Shown: positions 59,822 to 64,000 of the stretch, in pieces
Layout of the letters: each line of letters opens with the position of its first letter
How positions within the stretch are numbered: the stretch's first letter is position 1
NCBI GenBank assembly: GCA_963816185.1
Contig: CAWFJJ010000024.1
Coordinates: 192,001 to 256,000 of the forward strand
DNA: 64,000 nucleotides
Reading direction: 5' to 3'
Origin: Thermoanaerobaculia bacterium
GTDB lineage: Bacteria; Acidobacteriota; Thermoanaerobaculia; UBA5066
Position numbers and translations under genes: made by a program
The notes under the pieces: model-generated
What the model saw: the letters and a program-made list of their open reading frames with translations, nothing else
What the model was told of the DNA's origin: nothing
Database searches by the model: none

Positions 59822-60040
59822 ATGTCGAAGGAAGACGCCATCGAAGTGACCGCGACGGTCATCGAGCCGCTGCCGAACGCGATGTTCAAGGTCGAGCTGG
59901 AAAACAAGCATCAGGTGCTCGCGCACATCTCCGGGAAGATGCGGAAGCATTTCATCCGCATCCTGCCGGGGGACAAGGTCCTCGTCGAGCTTTCGCCGTA
60001 CGACCTGACGCGCGGCCGCATCATCTACCGGTACAAGTGA
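59822..60040 (+). CDS. infA: Translation initiation factor IF-1
   Basis: [27 protein letters not shown]. Confidence 0.99.
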   Translation: MSKEDAIEVTATVIEPLPNAMFKVELENKHQVLAHISGKMRKHFIRILPGDKVLVELSPYDLTRGRIIYRYK

Positions 60041-60053
60041 ATCGAGGTCCCGC

Positions 60054-60167
60054 ATGAAAGTCCGCACGTCCGTCAAGAAGATCTGCAGCAAGTGCAAGGT
60101 GATCCGCCGCGCCGGCGTGGTGCGGGTCATCTGCGAGAACGTCAAGCACAAACAGCGTCAGGGCTGA
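60054..60167 (+). CDS. rpmJ: 50S ribosomal protein L36
   Basis: Manual translation [37 protein letters not shown]; not in the ORF track. Confidence 0.97.
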   Translation: MKVRTSVKKICSKCKVIRRAGVVRVICENVKHKQRQG

Positions 60168-60180
60168 GAGGAAATCCAGA

Positions 60181-60564
60181 ATGGCACGTATCGCAGGCGT
60201 CGACCTTCCCCCGAACAAGCGCGTCGAGATCGGTCTGACCTACATCTTCGGGATCGGGCGTCCCAGCTCCGGCAAGATCCTGGAGACGGCGAAGATCGAC
60301 CGGAACACGCGCGTCAAGGACCTCTCCGAAGACGAAGTGTCCCGGATCCGCAAGACGATCCAGGACCAGTACGAGGTCGAGGGCGATCTTCGCAAGGAGA
60401 CCTCCCAGAACATCAAACGCCTCATGGAGATCGGCTGCTATCGCGGCGTGCGACACCGCCGGAACCTGCCGGTCCGGGGCCAGCGCACCCACACGAACGC
60501 CCGCACGCGGAAGGGTCCCCGCAAGGGCGCCGTGGCCGGGAAGAAGAAGGCGACGAAGAAGTAG
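60181..60564 (+). CDS. rpsM: 30S ribosomal protein S13
   Basis: [32 protein letters not shown]. Confidence 0.99.
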   Translation: MARIAGVDLPPNKRVEIGLTYIFGIGRPSSGKILETAKIDRNTRVKDLSEDEVSRIRKTIQDQYEVEGDLRKETSQNIKRLMEIGCYRGVRHRRNLPVRGQRTHTNARTRKGPRKGAVAGKKKATKK

Positions 60565-60587
60565 GGGCACCAAGAAGGAAATAAGAC

Positions 60588-61031
60588 ATGGCGACACCCA
60601 CAGAAAAGGCGGCCGCACCCACGACGACGGGCAAACCCGTCGCCGCAAAGGGCAAGAAAAAAGGCCCCAAGAAGGAAAAGAAGAACATCCCGCACGCGCT
60701 CGCGACGGTGCAGGCGTCCTTCAACAATACGATCGTCTCGATCACGGACCAGCAGGGGAACGTGCTCGCGTGGTCGTCGGCCGGGCGCATCGGCTTCAAG
60801 GGCTCGCGAAAGGGCACGCCCTTCGCCGCGCAGCTCGCCGCCGGCAATGCCGCGCAGATCGCGCAGGAGCACGGCGTGCGCTCGCTCGACGTCCGCGTGA
60901 ACGGCCCGGGAGCCGGCCGCGAGAGCGCGATTCGCGCCCTCGCGGCCGCGGGCATCGACATCCGTTCCATCCGGGATGCGACGCCCATCCCCCACAACGG
61001 CTGCCGGCCGCGTAAGCGCAGGAGGGTCTGA
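60588..61031 (+). CDS. rpsK: 30S ribosomal protein S11
   Basis: [31 protein letters not shown]. Confidence 0.99.
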   Translation: MATPTEKAAAPTTTGKPVAAKGKKKGPKKEKKNIPHALATVQASFNNTIVSITDQQGNVLAWSSAGRIGFKGSRKGTPFAAQLAAGNAAQIAQEHGVRSLDVRVNGPGAGRESAIRALAAAGIDIRSIRDATPIPHNGCRPRKRRRV

Positions 61032-61033
61032 CC

Positions 61034-61660
61034 GTGGCTCGATATCGCGAATCCGTCTGCCGGCTGTGCCGGCGCGAAGGCATGAAGCTGTTCCTGAAGG
61101 GGGACCGCTGCTTCACGAACAAATGCGCCATCGAGCGCCGCAATTTTCCGCCCGGCCAGCACGGCAAACGCCGGTCCAAGATCCTCGGCTACGGCATCCA
61201 GCTCCGCGAGAAGCAGAAGCTGAAGAGGTTCTACGGAGTCCTCGAGGGCCAGTTCCGGCTGACGTTCGAGGCCGCCGAGCGCATGCGCGGCGTCACCGGC
61301 GAGAATCTCCTCTCGCTCCTCGAGCGCCGCCTCGACAACGTCGTCCACCGCCTCGGCTTCTCCGGCTCCCGCGCGCAGGCGCGCCAGCTCGTGCGCCACG
61401 GGCACGTCCGCGTGAACGGGAAGAAAGTGAACGTCCCGAGCTACGTCGTCGGAACCGGCGCCGTCGTGTCCGTCAAGGAGAAGAGCAAGACGAACCCGCT
61501 GATCGCGGGAGCGGTCGAAACGGCGAAGGGCCGCGGGATCCCCGCGTGGCTCGAGCTGAACGCGTCCGAGTTCCAGGGCAAGGTCGTCACGCTTCCGAAG
61601 CGCGAGGACGTCGCCCTGCAGGTCAACGAGAAGCTCATCGTCGAGCTTTACAGCAAGTAA
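61034..61660 (+). CDS. rpsD: 30S ribosomal protein S4
   Basis: [31 protein letters not shown]. Confidence 0.99.
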   Translation: MARYRESVCRLCRREGMKLFLKGDRCFTNKCAIERRNFPPGQHGKRRSKILGYGIQLREKQKLKRFYGVLEGQFRLTFEAAERMRGVTGENLLSLLERRLDNVVHRLGFSGSRAQARQLVRHGHVRVNGKKVNVPSYVVGTGAVVSVKEKSKTNPLIAGAVETAKGRGIPAWLELNASEFQGKVVTLPKREDVALQVNEKLIVELYSK

Positions 61661-61723
61661 CCGTTCGCAAAAGGAGCCCGCGCGCGCCGCTCAGCGGATA
61701 AGTCGCAGGGCCAGGAGTGACAC

Positions 61724-62695
61724 ATGTTGTGGAAGGGCTTTCAGCGTCCGAATCGCCTCGAGGTCGAGGAAGAGAAGGGAAACTACGGCCGGTTCACGGC
61801 GCAGCCGCTCGAGCGCGGCTGGGGCACGACGGTCGGGAACGCGCTTCGGCGCGTGCTCCTCTCGTCGATCGAAGGCGCCGCGGTGACCGGCGTGAAGATC
61901 GAGGGTGTCGAGCACGAGTTCACGGCCGTGCCGGGCGTCGTCGAAGACGTCACGGACATCATCCTCAATCTCAAGGGTCTCGCGATCCGTCTCCATGACG
62001 ACGGCCCGCGGGCGCTCACGCTCGACGTGAAGACGAAGGGCGCCGTGACCGCGGACGCCTTCGAGGATGACGCGCAGCTCGAGATTCTCAACCCCGACGC
62101 GCCGGTCGCGACGCTCGCCGACGGCGGCCGCCTGAGGCTCGAAGCCACGGTCAGCAAGGGCCGCGGCTACGTGCCTGCCGACCGCAACTTCGATCCCGAG
62201 GCCCCGATCGGCACGATCCCCCTCGACTCGGCCCACTCGCCGGTCCGCCGCGTGAACTACCACGTCGAGGCGGCTCGCGTCGGCCAGGCGACGGACTACG
62301 ACAAGCTCGTGATCGAAGTCTGGACGAACGGCACGATCTCGCCGCGCGACGCCGTGGGCGTGGCGGCGGTCCTCCTGCGCGAGCACCTCGCGATCTTCGT
62401 GAACGTAGAGACCGACGAGGCGGCCGCGACCGCCGGCGCCGAGATGCCGCAGAGCGAGCTCGACGCGCTTCTCGACACGAACGTCGAGGAGCTCGAGCTG
62501 TCCGTGCGCAGCGCGAACTGCCTGAAGAACGCCGGCATCCGCACGCTTCGCGAGCTCGTCCAGAAAACGGAGAAGGACATGCTCGAGACCAAGAACTTCG
62601 GGCGCAAGAGCCTGAACGAGATCAAGGACATCCTGCGCGACAAGGGCCTCGCCTTCGGCATGAAGCTCGAGTCCCCGGCCGGCGCGGGCCGCTGA
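61724..62695 (+). CDS. rpoA: RNA polymerase subunit alpha
   Basis: [44 protein letters not shown]. Confidence 0.99.
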   Translation: MLWKGFQRPNRLEVEEEKGNYGRFTAQPLERGWGTTVGNALRRVLLSSIEGAAVTGVKIEGVEHEFTAVPGVVEDVTDIILNLKGLAIRLHDDGPRALTLDVKTKGAVTADAFEDDAQLEILNPDAPVATLADGGRLRLEATVSKGRGYVPADRNFDPEAPIGTIPLDSAHSPVRRVNYHVEAARVGQATDYDKLVIEVWTNGTISPRDAVGVAAVLLREHLAIFVNVETDEAAATAGAEMPQSELDALLDTNVEELELSVRSANCLKNAGIRTLRELVQKTEKDMLETKNFGRKSLNEIKDILRDKGLAFGMKLESPAGAGR

Positions 62696-62702
62696 GGGTT
62701 CC

Positions 62703-63354
62703 ATGCAGCACAATCGAGCGGGCCGGAAGCTCGGCCGGACGACGGCGCACCGAAAGTCGCTGTTCCGGAACCAGCTTTCGTCCCTCATCACCCACGAGCG
62801 CATCCAGACGACGCTGCCGAAGGCGAAGGACCTTCGGCCGCTCATCGAGAAGATGGTCACCCTCGGGAAGCGTGGAGGCCTCCACGCGCGCCGTCTCGTT
62901 CTCAAGACGATCCCCGAGGCGCCGACCGTCAAGAAGCTCTTCGACGACATCGCGCCGCGCTTCAAGGAACGGGCCGGCGGGTACACGCGGATTCTGAAGC
63001 TGGGACGGCGCCCCGGCGACGGCGCCGAGATGGCGATCCTCGAGTTCATCGACTTCGACTGGGCTCACCGGCAGGCCGAGAAGAAGGTCGCGGCGAAGGC
63101 AGCCGAGGAGAAGAAGCAGTCGCTCCTCGAGAAGGCGAAGAAGCTCGTCTCGGGCAAGGGTGGCGAGGAAAAGGGCGAAAAAGCCGAAAAGGCCGAGAAG
63201 AAGGCCGAAGGCGCCGAACCCGAGGCCGAGAAGAAGCCCATCCCGCCCACCGAGAAGAAGAAGGGTTACACCGCGCCGAAAGGACCGAAAGGCTCCGGCC
63301 CGAAAGGCGGCGGCACGCACGGCGGTACACCCGAGGAAGGTCGGCGGGGGCTGA
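62703..63354 (+). CDS. rplQ: 50S ribosomal protein L17 with Lys/Glu-rich tail; apparent +1 frameshift near 63330
   Basis: [31 protein letters not shown]; the tail most plausibly ends ...TPRKVGGG at TGA 63352-63354, just before the terminator. Confidence 0.93.
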
Positions 63355-63369
63355 GACACCAGAGATTTC

Positions 63370-63468
63370 GGATTTCTTCGAATGGTTCAGAGGGCTCCGG
63401 CGCGCCGGAGCCCTTTTCTTTTCGCGGCACCTGTCCCGGCGCGCCCTATTCACCTTCTAAGAGAATCC
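63370..63468 (+). repeat. AT-rich miniature inverted-repeat element, copy D, enclosing the operon terminator
   Basis: Left GGATTTCTTCGAATGGTTCAGAGGGC, right GCCCTATTCACCTTCTAAGAGAATCC. Confidence 0.72.
63389..63422 (+). terminator. Intrinsic terminator after rplQ
   Basis: AGGGCTCCGG-CGCG-CCGGAGCCCT followed by TTTCTTTT. Confidence 0.8.
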
Positions 63469-63488
63469 CCGATTCCCGGTCTCCGGTC

Positions 63489-63881
63489 CTAGCTCAGCGC
63501 CTTCTCGATCTCCTGGATGAGGACCTTCGTCGAGAAGGGCTTCGTGATGTAGCTCGCCGCCCCGAGGCGCAGGCCGAGGTCGCGCTCGGACGGAAGGGTG
63601 CGAGCCGTGAGCATCACGATCGGCAGGCGTGACGTCGCCGGATTCTCCTTGAGGATCCGGCAGACGTCGAAGCCCGTGAGGCCGGGTGTGAGAGAGACGT
63701 CGAGGAGGACGAGGTCCGGGGACTCCTCGCGCACGAGGCGTAAGGCCTCCTCGCCGCCCGTCGCTTCGATGGGCTGAAGTCCCGTGAGGCGCAGCTTGAA
63801 CGAGAGGATCTTCAGGATCGTGGGCTCATCGTCCACGACGAGAATCTTACGGCCCGCGAGGCCGGGCGGAAGGCTGCTCAC
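63489..63881 (-). CDS. Single-domain response regulator (CheY/DivK-like)
   Basis: [24 protein letters not shown]. Confidence 0.9.
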   Translation of the reverse strand: MSSLPPGLAGRKILVVDDEPTILKILSFKLRLTGLQPIEATGGEEALRLVREESPDLVLLDVSLTPGLTGFDVCRILKENPATSRLPIVMLTARTLPSERDLGLRLGAASYITKPFSTKVLIQEIEKALS

Positions 63882-63893
63882 CGCGGCGTCATT

Positions 63894-64000
63894 CTAGAGC
63901 GGCGCGCCCGTGAGCACGACGACGGCGGCGGCGAGCTCCCGCGTGTGCGTGATCGTCACATGCGCTCCCGCCACGCCGAGCCGCGCACCGCAGGCGACCG
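63894..64000 (-). CDS. acpS: Probable holo-ACP synthase, C-terminal fragment
   Basis: Manual translation ...ARLGVAGAHVTITHTRELAAAVVVLTGAPL*, matching the AcpS C-terminal H-x-S/T-I-S/T-H...A-x-A-x-V pattern. Confidence 0.65.
   Translation of the reverse strand, partial: VACGARLGVAGAHVTITHTRELAAAVVVLTGAPL

Noticed and set aside
62703-63632. 309-aa L17 running into the downstream response regulator
   Set aside because: It reads through a terminator and a convergent gene; a +1 correction gives a natural end at 63354

Overview
High-GC bacterial chromosome segment, most likely Acidobacteriota (inferred from the rplM-rpsI-rpsB-tsf-pyrH-frr order, a Cys-rich insert near the RpoB N-terminus and a C-terminal SecY insert). 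Most of the window is the core translation/transcription supercluster: five tRNAs, secE-nusG-rplKAJL-rpoBC, str, S10, spc and alpha operons, preceded by purB, arcA/argF, a TonB-domain lipoprotein, an FHA-GAF adenylate cyclase, rdgB, coaE and folD. Two things stand out. (1) A ~15.6 kb block separates rpoC from rpsL. It encodes a 27-heme respiratory module: two tetraheme 'WNH-repeat' cytochromes, a Qrc/ACIII-like four-subunit quinone complex, a c554-like tetraheme, a PAS kinase with a sigma54 activator, and a convergent OmcA/MtrC-like decaheme. Its two convergent transcription units share a near-identical sigma54 promoter and a 36-bp upstream site at the same spacing. (2) A family of AT-rich miniature inverted-repeat elements occurs five times, twice in frame inside ribosomal protein genes (rpmC, rpmD). 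Other oddities are a 20-aa insertion in the L22 hairpin, a divergent EF-Tu switch I and candidate structured RNAs. Five genes carry a +1 frameshift, probably sequencing error. All family assignments come from motif recognition by eye; no database searches were run.
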